IMG/VR virus record: IMGVR_UViG_3300023184_000072
Location: 22,305-86,304 of that record
DNA: 64,000 nt
Strand: one strand, 5' to 3'
From: a virus
A program made the translations under genes and the position numbers. Every line of letters begins with the position of its first letter. Positions within the stretch are counted from its first letter, which is position 1. This document shows positions 1-11,700 of the stretch, piece after piece. Below the pieces are notes generated by a model that worked only from the letters and a program-made list of their open reading frames with translations, made no database searches and was not told the origin of the DNA.

Positions 1-32
1 TCTAAACTATCAAGAAACTTATTTAGTATCAT
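1..32 (-). CDS. 5' end of a gene running off the window (MILNKFLDSL...), lysis region
   Basis: ATG at 32-30, immediately after the holin-like stop; open to the window edge. Confidence 0.45.
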   Translation of the reverse strand, partial: MILNKFLDSL

Positions 33-33
33 T

Positions 34-213
34 TTATACACCTGTTACGTCATGATCTTTAGACAAATATCCAAATACAGCAATACCAATAGCTAGAACA
101 AATTTAAACCAGTCTTTCTTTAGATCTAGTCCATCTGTTGCTAATGGTTGTAAAGCTATCATTGAAGCTAATAAAAGTCCTGTTAGAGTGGTCTTCCAGT
201 TTTTCACTATCAT
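34..213 (-). CDS. Putative holin, 59 aa, two TM segments (absent from the ORF track)
   Basis: Hand translation MIVKNWKTTLTGLLLASMIALQPLATDGLDLKKDWFKFVLAIGIAVFGYLSKDHDVTGV; ATGA overlap with the upstream stop; two hydrophobic helices. Confidence 0.65.
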   Translation of the reverse strand: MIVKNWKTTLTGLLLASMIALQPLATDGLDLKKDWFKFVLAIGIAVFGYLSKDHDVTGV

Positions 214-527
214 TTTATATTTTTATACACTACAGATAGATATTGAATCAATGCTCCAATAGCTATAATTATACCTACAGTCCAGGTAAATCTTTTCTTA
301 AACTCCTCTTGTTTCTGAAGCTTGTTTTCTAATTCTTTAATTTTCTCTTTAAGCTCAGCTATGTCTGCAACAAACCCACCAGTTTTTGTTAGAGCATTAC
401 CTAATATTGCATCCACTACTTGTGTTAGCTTAGTATCTATAGAGGTCATTTTCTCTTCTAGATCATACAGTCGTTGGTCCATGCTTTTTAATTCTTTTTC
501 CACTTGTTTTTCAAATGCGTTTTCCAT
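210..527 (-). CDS. Coiled-coil protein with C-terminal TM helix (lysis-module membrane protein); likely start MENAFEKQ
   Basis: ORF 210..563; heptad-rich, TM segment FTWTVGIIIAIGALIQYLSVVY; next to the holin-like gene. Confidence 0.6.
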   Translation of the reverse strand: MENAFEKQVEKELKSMDQRLYDLEEKMTSIDTKLTQVVDAILGNALTKTGGFVADIAELKEKIKELENKLQKQEEFKKRFTWTVGIIIAIGALIQYLSVVYKNIK

Positions 528-601
528 ATGGGTGAGGGGAGTTAGTATAGCATACGCATACATAGATTGTAACGATGCAATGATTATACCATTATATCTA
601 G

Positions 602-609
602 CAAATATA
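602..609 (-). promoter_or_regulatory. Bacteroidota-type -7 promoter box (TATATTTG) for lysis genes
   Basis: CAAATATA on + reads TAnnTTTG on -; intergenic; no clear -33 box. Confidence 0.55.
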
Positions 610-685
610 AAATTTATATTTGGAATAATGAAATTGTTAAAATAGATTTATAACATAATATAGCATAAGAGAAATATATTTTTCT

Positions 686-3600
686 TTATCTAATACCTGA
701 TTGTGATTGCATTTTTATTTTAAGATCTTTAGCAAGTGAAGGATAGAACATTGGAAGCATTCCAGCAGCTTGATTAGTTATTGGATTAGTTTTCATCCAA
801 TATTTGATAACACTAGTTTTTTCAACAAGATCATCATCTCCTGTAGCTAAACCATATGATTCTTTCAAAAACCCTTCCAATCCTTTTTCATAGTTATTTA
901 ATAATCCCATTGCAGGGAATATTCCTTTTTCTGGTATACTTAATAAACTTCCAGGATTATAGAAGTATCCAATCTCATCTTTAAACTTATCTGTAGCTTT
1001 AAGAGCAAACTTCCATTGGTTCTTAACCATTGGATCTTCATCATCATCTGGAGCCATAGCTTTAAGTCCTAAGAATAAAGCCCATAATGCAGCATAGAAT
1101 AATACATCTATTAACTGATTCTTAATGTTTGCTCTAACAAGATCAATGAATTCATCTTCTGTCATTTCAAGTTCTTTATCAGTATCAGCTTTATAATCTG
1201 CTCTCTTTTTATCATATAACTGTCTAATGTAATCCATACCTTTATCATTACCCATCAATGAGTTTTTAAGATTGGCAATAGATCCTCTAAAGTCATCTGA
1301 TATAATTCTAGCAATCATTCTAGTTCTTCCCCATTCATAAGCATCTGATGCAGCATTATATTTAATGTTACCCATACGTACATCAACAAGTCTAGGAATC
1401 CAGTTCTTAAATACCATGAAAGAGTTTCCATATATATTTAAGTTCATTAGACGTTTGTTTTCTTCTGTCATAGATCCTAATGCATCAGCTGTAAAACTTT
1501 GCACCTTTCTTCTTAATTCTAATACAGAATCAGATTTTCTATCTATACCAGGGATAACAAGTTTTCCATCTACTACATTACTAACATTCAACACTCCTTT
1601 TTCTTTGATAAGTTCTTCTACAGCTTTTTCATATTTTTCAGCTCTAGCATCTCTTTCTGATTGTGTTCCTTCATAGAAGTTTTTAAACTCATCTGTAGTT
1701 TTTAAATACTCTCTAACATTAACTACTTGGCCATCTAAAACAATTGTATTCTTTAAGAAAGAAAAGAAGTTTAATCTTTGTACAGCTAAATCTCCTTCTA
1801 TCATCATTATCATTAGCCAATCTTGTAATGCTTGATCATCTAATTTATTTATAGATAGTTTTGTTGCAGCATGTTTATTATAACTTTCTGTAAATGGTAT
1901 AAAGTAATCAAGAGCAGCAAGTATTTTTTGTTTATCTTCACCACCCATTTTATTACCTAACAACCATTGTTCTGTAGATACATAATCTTTTTTAGTAAAA
2001 TATTTACCAGCATTAATAAATCCTTGTGCTGTACCTCCAAAGTAGTTAGAAGATGATGATAATATATTAAGACCAAGTGCTGTCACTTGGAATGTATTAT
2101 TCATCTGTGTAATAGCTTTGTTAATACTTATTTGTCTTCCGTCTAAGTTCTCTGGTAATAATTTGAATCCAAGAGTTTTATTAATTGTTGTTCCAAAGTT
2201 TCCAAACTTACCAAGTAATTGGTCATATGCTTCACTCTCTATATACTTCTGTTGGTATATAATTGCTTTAATCATATCCTCTATAAGTTTAGAGTTTTCA
2301 TCATTATTGTTTATGTATATCAAATCACCATTAGCATCCTTTTGTGTTTTATTAAACATTGATGTAGCAATAGCTTGTTTATTTTTCTCAAGTCTCAATA
2401 ATGCTAATGCTTGATCTTCTATACTTGATAGATATTGAAACTTAATAGCAAACTCATTATACATAGCCATTGTTTTGAAAAGATCTTCAGAATGTTGTCC
2501 TTCAAATTCTCTAGTTAAATATTTAGGAATCTTATTAACTACATTACCATTTATTGGATCATATTTTCCCATTCCCACTTCATCTTCATCAACAGAAATG
2601 TTTTTAAGAAATTGTTCTCCAATAGTTATTTTTCCACCAAATATAAGTTTTTCAGAAAGCCCTTTTCTTAACCAAGGAAGAAATGTTCTAGCTTGACCAT
2701 TTGATATATATCCTATAGCAGCGTATGCTTCATTTCTTTCTATAATGTAATTATAGAAATCAAGAGCAGGTTTGTTTAAATAGTTACCAGAAGCATCTTT
2801 TTTATGTAACTCTTTCCATTCTTCAGATTGCCATTTATCTTTAGGAAATTGTTTAGCTTCTCTATATAATAACCAACCAAGAGAATTATCTGCAGTGATA
2901 CTATATAGTGATGCCACTTTAGCTTTTTCTGCAGCTATATCATATTCATTTTGTTCTTGAGTACCAAGTCTAGGAAGATTATCTATTCTATTATATTCTT
3001 CTTCTCTTTTATTCTCAAGATATTTTTTATAAGCTTCTACATCAATATTATCTTTGATCCATTTAACATCTTTAACATTCTTATCTGTAGCTTTTTTTAA
3101 TTCATTATAGAATTCAGGTTTGTATTCATCAATTAATTCATTAGATCCTTTCTTCTTAATCATATTAAACATGTTCTTAGCTGATAATCCTTTAGCAGAA
3201 GCCCATGCTTGATATTCATTTTTCAATTTAGTTAATCTTGCCACTTCAGTTTGTGTATCCATACCAGCACGTCCAAAAGCAGCATTAGCTTTTTGAAATA
3301 ATGCAGCCATTCCTTTTAACTGAATAGTAGATGTTGTACCTAACCATTTAGAAAATAATCCTTTTACAACTTTTTCTCCTTTTTCTGTACCACCAATTTG
3401 TTCAACAGTGAACTCAGTGAATATATCAGATAGATTAGAATTTAGTTTTCTTGATTGATATGCTGTATCTCTAAGTTCTTCTTTTAATTCTTTATCTTCA
3501 TCTGATAATTTTCCTTCAAATAAGAAGTCAAGATCTGTATCTAATGTTATATAATGTTGTAATGCATCTTCAGCAAGTCTTAATGATTTAACAAAGTCTG

Positions 3601-5752
3601 ATATTTCTTGTTCAGAAAATCCTTCTTTACTTTTAAACTTTTCATTATATGTATTAATAAGACTTTGTATCTGTACATTTAATATTTTAGATTGGTATAA
3701 TAAAGGACCAATATCTTGTTTCATTTGCAATTGTCTAATTGCAGAATAAAGAGCATTCAATTGTTCAGCTTTATTTAATCTTTCTGATGGTAATGCTTTC
3801 TGTTCAGATAGCTTTGCATATATGTCATTTAGTTTATCTAAAAGAACATTTATCTTCTTAGTTGCTTCTGTATCATTTTCAATAATAACTTTCTCACCAG
3901 CTACACCAACAGGAATTAAATAGTCTTGTTTAATGTTTTTAATATTAACATCTCCTATTTCTATTTGCAATAGTTTAGGAAGCACCTTTGTTTTTGGATT
4001 TGCTTCAGAATAAACTGCTCTGATAGGAATCATTCTAGTTTGTCCAAAGTCTTTTATATCTACACCATAATTATCTTTGATGATAGTTTTATATTGTTTC
4101 ATCTGTCTATCCCAAGAAGCAACATTGTACCAAGGAACATCTTGATATCTTTGTGTATCAAGTCCAATAAACTTCCAGTCAAGAATATTAACCTTTCCTT
4201 CAGGAGTGACCGCTAAGAAATCCACTGTACCAGCAACACTTCTTTTAGGATCATATATTGTCATCTCTGACATAAACACTGTATCTTTATCAAATGATTC
4301 AAGACGTGATCTAAGATTATCTCTTAGTAGCTCATAGATAGTGTTATCATTTGGATCAATGAATGATACATGATTATCATTTAATACAGCAGCATCCATC
4401 TCATCACTACTTTTTCTTTTACCATTCTCATCTGTAAACAAACTAAATGCATGCTCAAAGTCTTTGTGACCTGCAGTACCCTTATCAGCTTTTAATGTAT
4501 TGATTGCTTTCTTGTATTCAGAATCAGTTAGTGCATCTTGTGCACGTATTTCATCATACCAAGTTTTAATAATATTACTAACTCTATTTTTTATTTCTTT
4601 ACCATCAATAAAATACTTTTCCTCTTCACCACCAAGTTCATTCTTAACAGCTTTCTTTTCAATTCTACTAGCCACTTCTTTAATACCATTAACAACTTTT
4701 TGTTGTTTAGATAATTGGAAGAACATTTCTCCTGCATTCTCTCTAATATCTTCAACTGTACCTATTGCTTCACCTCTAATAATTTTCATAGCAGCCATAT
4801 CAAAGCCACTCTTAGTAAATAAGTTTTTTAAATAATTAACAATCTGTTCCCACCATCCTTCAGCATTTGCAATGCGTTCTGGTTTCTCTGTATTGTTCTC
4901 ATTATTATTAATGATAGTTTCAACTAACACCTTAGCAATAGCTTCTTCTTTAAGTTTGATTACATTTGGTTTACCATCTATTTGATAAGCAGGATTATTT
5001 CCATATGATTCAAATACCTCATTCATTATAGCATAACTATTAATTTCACTCATCAACTTTTTATACAAAGCTGGATTAGTTTGTTTAATAATAGCAACAG
5101 CAAAGTGCATAGCTTCTTCAGGAAGAGCTGTTGCTTCTTTACCATCTATCACTTGAATAAGTTTTTGTGTAAGTAGTGCAACAGCATTAGCATCTTGCTT
5201 AATACCATTCACTACAATATTATCCATTGATTTTACATCTACACCAATGTTCTTAAGAAAGTCTTTTATTAGAGATAAAGTTTGCGGAGAAGCAGATGTT
5301 GGTATAGCTTCTTCTTCTTTTTGAAACATTAAATCTTGTTCTTTATATCCTTGACCAAATGCATTTTTATATTGTTCATAATCAAAAGTTTTACCTGTTT
5401 TAGTAAAACCATTTTGTAAAAGAGCAGTAAGAGAAATATCAAAAATTGGATGACTGTCTATTTCTTCATCTAATGTTCCATCAGGATTTAAATTATATAC
5501 AGATTCTATTTGAACAGGATCTAAATTATAAAATGGAATTTGATCAGCAGTTGAAATTGCTTCATATTGTGTATCATAAGATTCTTCTGAAAGAGCTTCC
5601 TGATTTAAAAACTGAGAACCTACACGATTAGAATCATGAACCATATATTCAACTCCATCATATTCTATAATCTCACCTTGTTTAGGAATATATTTTTCAG
5701 CAAATGCTTCTTCAGTCATTTGTTGATTATTATATGTTATTATACAACTCAT
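686..5752 (-). CDS. Large virion/ejection protein (1688 aa) with PD-(D/E)XK nuclease-like domain
   Basis: Directly downstream of the vRNAP; E...AGTVDFLAV...NILDWKF nuclease signature at ~4170-4260; degenerate zincin-like LPEEAMH at ~5105-5127. Confidence 0.7.
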   Translation of the reverse strand: MSCIITYNNQQMTEEAFAEKYIPKQGEIIEYDGVEYMVHDSNRVGSQFLNQEALSEESYDTQYEAISTADQIPFYNLDPVQIESVYNLNPDGTLDEEIDSHPIFDISLTALLQNGFTKTGKTFDYEQYKNAFGQGYKEQDLMFQKEEEAIPTSASPQTLSLIKDFLKNIGVDVKSMDNIVVNGIKQDANAVALLTQKLIQVIDGKEATALPEEAMHFAVAIIKQTNPALYKKLMSEINSYAIMNEVFESYGNNPAYQIDGKPNVIKLKEEAIAKVLVETIINNNENNTEKPERIANAEGWWEQIVNYLKNLFTKSGFDMAAMKIIRGEAIGTVEDIRENAGEMFFQLSKQQKVVNGIKEVASRIEKKAVKNELGGEEEKYFIDGKEIKNRVSNIIKTWYDEIRAQDALTDSEYKKAINTLKADKGTAGHKDFEHAFSLFTDENGKRKSSDEMDAAVLNDNHVSFIDPNDNTIYELLRDNLRSRLESFDKDTVFMSEMTIYDPKRSVAGTVDFLAVTPEGKVNILDWKFIGLDTQRYQDVPWYNVASWDRQMKQYKTIIKDNYGVDIKDFGQTRMIPIRAVYSEANPKTKVLPKLLQIEIGDVNIKNIKQDYLIPVGVAGEKVIIENDTEATKKINVLLDKLNDIYAKLSEQKALPSERLNKAEQLNALYSAIRQLQMKQDIGPLLYQSKILNVQIQSLINTYNEKFKSKEGFSEQEISDFVKSLRLAEDALQHYITLDTDLDFLFEGKLSDEDKELKEELRDTAYQSRKLNSNLSDIFTEFTVEQIGGTEKGEKVVKGLFSKWLGTTSTIQLKGMAALFQKANAAFGRAGMDTQTEVARLTKLKNEYQAWASAKGLSAKNMFNMIKKKGSNELIDEYKPEFYNELKKATDKNVKDVKWIKDNIDVEAYKKYLENKREEEYNRIDNLPRLGTQEQNEYDIAAEKAKVASLYSITADNSLGWLLYREAKQFPKDKWQSEEWKELHKKDASGNYLNKPALDFYNYIIERNEAYAAIGYISNGQARTFLPWLRKGLSEKLIFGGKITIGEQFLKNISVDEDEVGMGKYDPINGNVVNKIPKYLTREFEGQHSEDLFKTMAMYNEFAIKFQYLSSIEDQALALLRLEKNKQAIATSMFNKTQKDANGDLIYINNNDENSKLIEDMIKAIIYQQKYIESEAYDQLLGKFGNFGTTINKTLGFKLLPENLDGRQISINKAITQMNNTFQVTALGLNILSSSSNYFGGTAQGFINAGKYFTKKDYVSTEQWLLGNKMGGEDKQKILAALDYFIPFTESYNKHAATKLSINKLDDQALQDWLMIMMIEGDLAVQRLNFFSFLKNTIVLDGQVVNVREYLKTTDEFKNFYEGTQSERDARAEKYEKAVEELIKEKGVLNVSNVVDGKLVIPGIDRKSDSVLELRRKVQSFTADALGSMTEENKRLMNLNIYGNSFMVFKNWIPRLVDVRMGNIKYNAASDAYEWGRTRMIARIISDDFRGSIANLKNSLMGNDKGMDYIRQLYDKKRADYKADTDKELEMTEDEFIDLVRANIKNQLIDVLFYAALWALFLGLKAMAPDDDEDPMVKNQWKFALKATDKFKDEIGYFYNPGSLLSIPEKGIFPAMGLLNNYEKGLEGFLKESYGLATGDDDLVEKTSVIKYWMKTNPITNQAAGMLPMFYPSLAKDLKIKMQSQSGIR

Positions 5753-8700
5753 GATTTACAATTTTTATCTATTATGTTATTTTCTTTAAGTGCATTTACA
5801 ATATCTGTTGTATTAGATTTTGTAAGTATTTCTGTTGGTAAAGATACAACTTCTTCTTGAATTTCACCACCATAAAAGCTAACAATATCTGCATCATTTA
5901 ACTCTCTTGTTGTTTTCAATGTACCATTATCAATTACAGAAGGTCTGAAGTCTGTGTAGTTCTCTGTAGCTCTATTACCATCCCCATAAAGATTTACTAG
6001 TTTGTATACAGATTGTGGAAATCCTTTTTTATCTAGTATTCTTAATGGTTCTCCTGTAGATAAAAACACTCTCTTATATCCAAGTACATCATTTAAAGAG
6101 TAGTCTCCTTTTTTCTTTCTAGCAGCATAGTTAGCACCAGTAACAGTGTTACCAGTTAGTACATCAACTCTCACACCACTTTTCAATTTCACCACTCTAG
6201 GTACAGCAACATAGTCACTATTCATAGCTTTTTGATTATACTTATCTCCAATCACTAACACTTGTCTATCTATTGATTGAAGATTCATTGAATCAATCTT
6301 TGGAAAAGAAGGAGAGTAATAACCAGTAGTGCTAGGAAGTCCTAGTATCTCAGCAGCATAATCTACACTCTTAGGTTTAAAGAATGGTGTAACTCTAGGC
6401 ATAATCAATGCATCATTAAAATTATTTCTTTGGAACATTCCATCAGCAAATGCTTTTAATGTTTCATCAGAAGAAATAGAATTAACAACAGGAGCCACTA
6501 TAGTAGAATAATCTTCTATAGGAATAATGTTCTTAATAGATATAGCTGATTGATAACTTCCTTGTAGAATAGATAGAGCAATTAAATGTCTATATAACAC
6601 TTTTGTGTCAGCATTATAATCTCTAAGTTCTCTCATCATATCTGTATAGAGATCTTCATCATATGCATCTTTGATGTTAGCTCTAAGCTCTACACTCTTA
6701 GCTCCATTCTCTCTTTCAGAAGGAACAACTTGTAAGTCTTTTAGTATTTGTAAATCAGGATATTTTTGTTTTGCTATCTCTAATCTATTAGCAACAGATG
6801 TTTTTGCATTAACAAGAAGATTTTCTGTTCTACTATTAATACCAGTTTTAGTTTGTATAATGTAATCTAAGAATGCCATTTTAGCTTTGTTAGATATCTT
6901 ATTGAAGTTATCAATACTAAGGTATTTATTCTTAGCATAAGTTTTCATTATATCTTCTGTAATGATTCTAAGATTGTCTTGCTCTAATTTGAATATAGCT
7001 CCCATTGCTTGCATGGATGCAGAAAGAAGCTTAGCTTGATTTCCAAGGAATGTATTATCAAGAATTTCTTTTGCAGAAGAAATAATGTTTATATCATTAG
7101 CTTTCTGCGTTTGTAATTCTTTTCTTGCAAACATATCTCCAGATCCAAATCTACTTGTATCATAGTTTGTAGCTTGTGTGAAATCAAAATTAAATTCAGC
7201 CATCTTGGCATATTTCAAGAACTCTTTGAGAATAGCTTGTTGTTCACCATTCTCTTTTGTATTAAATTTACTAGCGGCATATTTAGATATATTTCCTTTT
7301 AATCCATCTACATTTATATTAGCATTATCAATTTCTTCTTGTGTTGAAGGAAACAATGATTTAGCATAATTAATATTATCTTCATAGAAAAGATTAGAAG
7401 AATTATTAGCATTTACAATTCTTAAATATTCTGAAATGATTGGTTGATTCAAAAAGTATATAGATTGTTCTCCTGCACCAATATTCTCTAAGAACATGAA
7501 TGTTCCAATAACAAGATTTGATTGAATGATTCTTGTAATAAAGTCATCCTTAGCTACATCCACTACAGCTGTTGCATATCCAGAAAGTCTATTAGAGATT
7601 AATTGATTAGTTCCATCAGCAGTTCTTGTTCCACCTAAAGATATTCTATCTACACCATTCACCTTTGTAGTGTTATGTTTCAATACAATACTTCCATCAC
7701 CTAATAATTCTTGGTCTTCTTTAGATAAACCATCAAACTTAGCAGGATCAATATAAGCTTGTATCTTTTGTCTTAATGAAAGATTTGTAATATTTACAGC
7801 TACAACACCAACCCATCTTTTACCCATAAGAAATGAGTTTCTCAAATTGGTCATGTAGTTTCTATTAAGAATTCTATTTGGAATTTTGTTCTCATCAATT
7901 CCTCTTAACTTATCTAATTCTCCAGCAGCATCTTTTAATCCAGCATCATCTACAGGAGATACAAGTCTTTCAAAGTTTTCAGGAAGCGTGATAAGTTTTT
8001 CAAGACTATCATAGTATTCATTCTCAAGAGCTTTCTTATACATATCTTTTACATACTCAATACGCAATTCAGCTTGTAAGTTTTTATCTGTTAACTTATT
8101 AAGATCTTTCTCAATCAATTCTCTGAACTCATATGGGTTTTCATATTGTTCTTCTTTAGCTTTGATATAATCTCCATAGATATTAAGTAGTCCTTTTGGA
8201 TCTTCTAATCCATAAACAACAATATCTAATGCTTCTATAAGATCAGCTTTCTTCATTTGTTTAACACCAAGAGTATCATCAAACACTTTACCATAGAAGT
8301 CTTTTGTATTCTGTTCATCACCTTGTAATCTAACAAGTTTAATATTACCTGTTCTATCTACATACACAGATTTAAGGTACATGTTCAACTTATCAATATC
8401 AAAATCCGATCCAGCTTTAGTAGTAATCTCTGAAGGTACTACAACTGTTGCTCCCATATATTGTGGAAGGAATCCTTTCACTCTAAACACCTCAGCAGAA
8501 GAAAGAGCTTGTGTAGGAATTCTAAATCCAATACCAGAAAGAATTGATCTTCCTTCTTCTGTACCATTTAAATATTTCAATAACTCGTTATCTGTTTTAA
8601 ATTTGTTTTTGAATTTATCTTTAAACCAATGAGGAAGTAACACTTCACAATATGGTTGTTCTTTAGTATAGAATTTAAGACTCTCATCTGTAAGCATTAC

Positions 8701-11700
8701 ACCAGCTTTTTCTTCATCAGTTAATGTTTCATACTTCTCTTTAGTTATCTTCTCCCATATGCCTTCCTTGTTCTTCATAACAATACTTCTACCTTTTGTA
8801 AAAGACTCAAGCATTGTTGCAGGCATTTGTACATGTGCTCCTCCATTCATTTTAGGAGAAACAATTGCTTTATCAATCATTGAGTAAACAATACTTCTAA
8901 TCTGTACATAAGAAGGAGAAGCTTCAAATGGAATCATAAACTGATTCTCATCATTAAGTTTGATTGTTTGTTTTGTATTAGTAGAAACTTCTCTTCTCAT
9001 CATCTCTCTCATTAATGTTTCAGATACACTTTTACCATCTTTCATTACAAATCCATTACCAAGATCTTCTATACCTAATCTGTTAAGAAGTTCATTGTAT
9101 GCATTTTGATGCATTGCATTAAGAATGTCTGTATTACGTTTATATTCTTCTGCAGCTCTAGGACTTGTTGGAATACCATTATCAAATAAATCTATACTTG
9201 CAATCTTAGTAATCTGAGAACCTCTAGTTTGTGATTTGTTATCACTACTAGCTGTCTCCACTTGAATACCATAAGCTTTCCAAGGAACTTGTACAATAGA
9301 TTCATCAGAGAAAGCTTCAGTGTTAAATGAACCATCTCCATTGTAAAGACTATGTAACTCTTGTGCTCCCACCTTTCTACCTGATTCAACAATAGCATAA
9401 CCTATATTTTGATTCTTCATTTGAACATATAGCTTCTCAAGGTTAGTTCCTTTCACCATACTATAGTAGATAGGCACTTGAGAGAACTTATCTAATATAA
9501 GATCAAAATTGTTTTTATTAAACTTGTTTCCAGATACAATAGGTTTTAATATCTCTGTTGTATATTTAGGACGTGGAGTTTCCATAAGCTTAACATCATG
9601 TGCTCTTAAAGCTTCACTAGTATATTCATATCCAGGAAGATTTTGTCTTGTAAAAGCCATTTCCCATTGGAACCATTTTTCTTCTGGTCCTTGTAAATCC
9701 CATTGTCCATTCTTAAGTTTAATCTCTCTGTGTGTTGTATCCATTAACCATGAAACAGCATCTGCCTCATTTGTTTTTGAATATAATGAATTAATAGCAG
9801 AAAGACTACCTGCAGTGATAACATCTTTTACAGTGATAGTATTAGTATGAGATTTATGTAAGTGATATCCAGGATCATTCTCTGTTAACTTAATACCATC
9901 AGCATTGTTTATATTATTATTCAAATATGTATTATATTCAGCACTATCAAATGTTGTTCTTCTTGGAGATAGAAAAGATTTAATACGTTTAGTTTCATCT
10001 AATGCTCCTCCTTTTTTAACAGCAAATTGATATGGATCTCCAAATAATATTTTGTGATATTCTATGTTAGCAATAATATAATTAACATTAGCATATGTTA
10101 TAATATGATTTATATCATCAGCAGATAAAGAATTTTTCTTTAATGATTCAGCTTTAAGGAAGTTATCATCAAGATCTTGGTAAGCATATGTATCTTTTCC
10201 TACTGGATTAATTTTATCATTTGCTTTAAGAACATTTGTTGTGTCTACAACCATAGTATCAATAAATTCTTTTACAGAGTTATTAATATCAGATATGTTA
10301 TCATTTACATATGCTGTGATTTCTTCAAGAGTGCGACCATCTTCAATCATTTCATTGATTGCTTCTAAATTCTTAGGTGCAAGAATATCTTTAAAGAATC
10401 TAAGTTGTTTAGGTCTATTTACTATTTCATCTATTTCTTCAGCTAGATCAGATAGTTTTTTTCTATCTTCTTCTGTTTTATTTTTCTTAGTAAATAGAGC
10501 AGCAAACTCTTTATTAAGTTGTTCAATTTTTTGTAGATTACCAACATTATTTAACTTCTCTCTATTTGTATAATCTAGAGCTAAATTAATGTCATCCATT
10601 AAATATCCTTTGAATATAGAATTAACATCTGTATAAGAGTTTCTTGCTATAGAATCAAATGAAACATTGTTACCAATATTCATCATCCATTCTGTAGATC
10701 CATCTGCAGGAATAAGGATGTAATATTTACCATTAAGGTTTTGATTAATTTCCATTGTAAATCTATCACCTATTGTTAATTTAGATGTAGAAGTACCTTT
10801 ATCATCATCTTGATTTTCTTCTCCTTGTATAACAGAAACTTTGAAATCTTTTATTTTGTTTCCATCCTTATCATAGAACAATCCACCTTTTTTCAAGACT
10901 TGACTACCTGTAGAGAACACATCATTTAATTCAGGTCTTGATTGTTTTAATTGATCAATAGTTGCTGATTCATTAAATTCATTCTCAAATACAGATGGTG
11001 TATTGTTTTCAGAGAAAGCACCAATACGTTGTCCCTCTACACCAAAGTATGTACTCTCTTGTGAAGGATTGTTCACTTTATTATATAGTTCAGCTAATGT
11101 AGATAATGGCCCACCAATATCTAATGTTTTACCAGAGATGCTCATTAAATCATTGTTACTTCCAAAGTAACCATATATACTTTCTACTTGGTCAGTAAAA
11201 CTATTTTTACCTACTTTATCACTAGGTTTAAGTTTAACATATGTATCATAATCAAACGTAACTCCAATAGCATTTAACATTGCTATCATGGCTTTAGGTT
11301 TTCTTATAGGCATATCTTTAAGTGCATCCTGATCTATTACATATTTATTATTTATATATTTAACAATAGTTCCATCTCCTTTAGCTAAAGTTTGAATGTT
11401 TGTCATCCATTCTTTTTCTGTTTGTTGAGTAGCTGTAAATAAATTAGCAGCTCCTGTATGAACACTATCAGCAGATTTATATTGTATTAATGCATTTGGT
11501 TTTTGTCTAGCAAATGTTTGTATAAATTGAACAAATAATCTCCAGTCATTATCATTAAACTCACCAAATGGAACCACCTTATCTTTACCACCCACCTTTT
11601 GGAATACACTAACATAGTTAGAATCATCCTGTGCTAGGTTGAATAATTTATTTGTAAATGCACCAACACTAGATGTATTAGAAAGTTTATCTAATAATGT

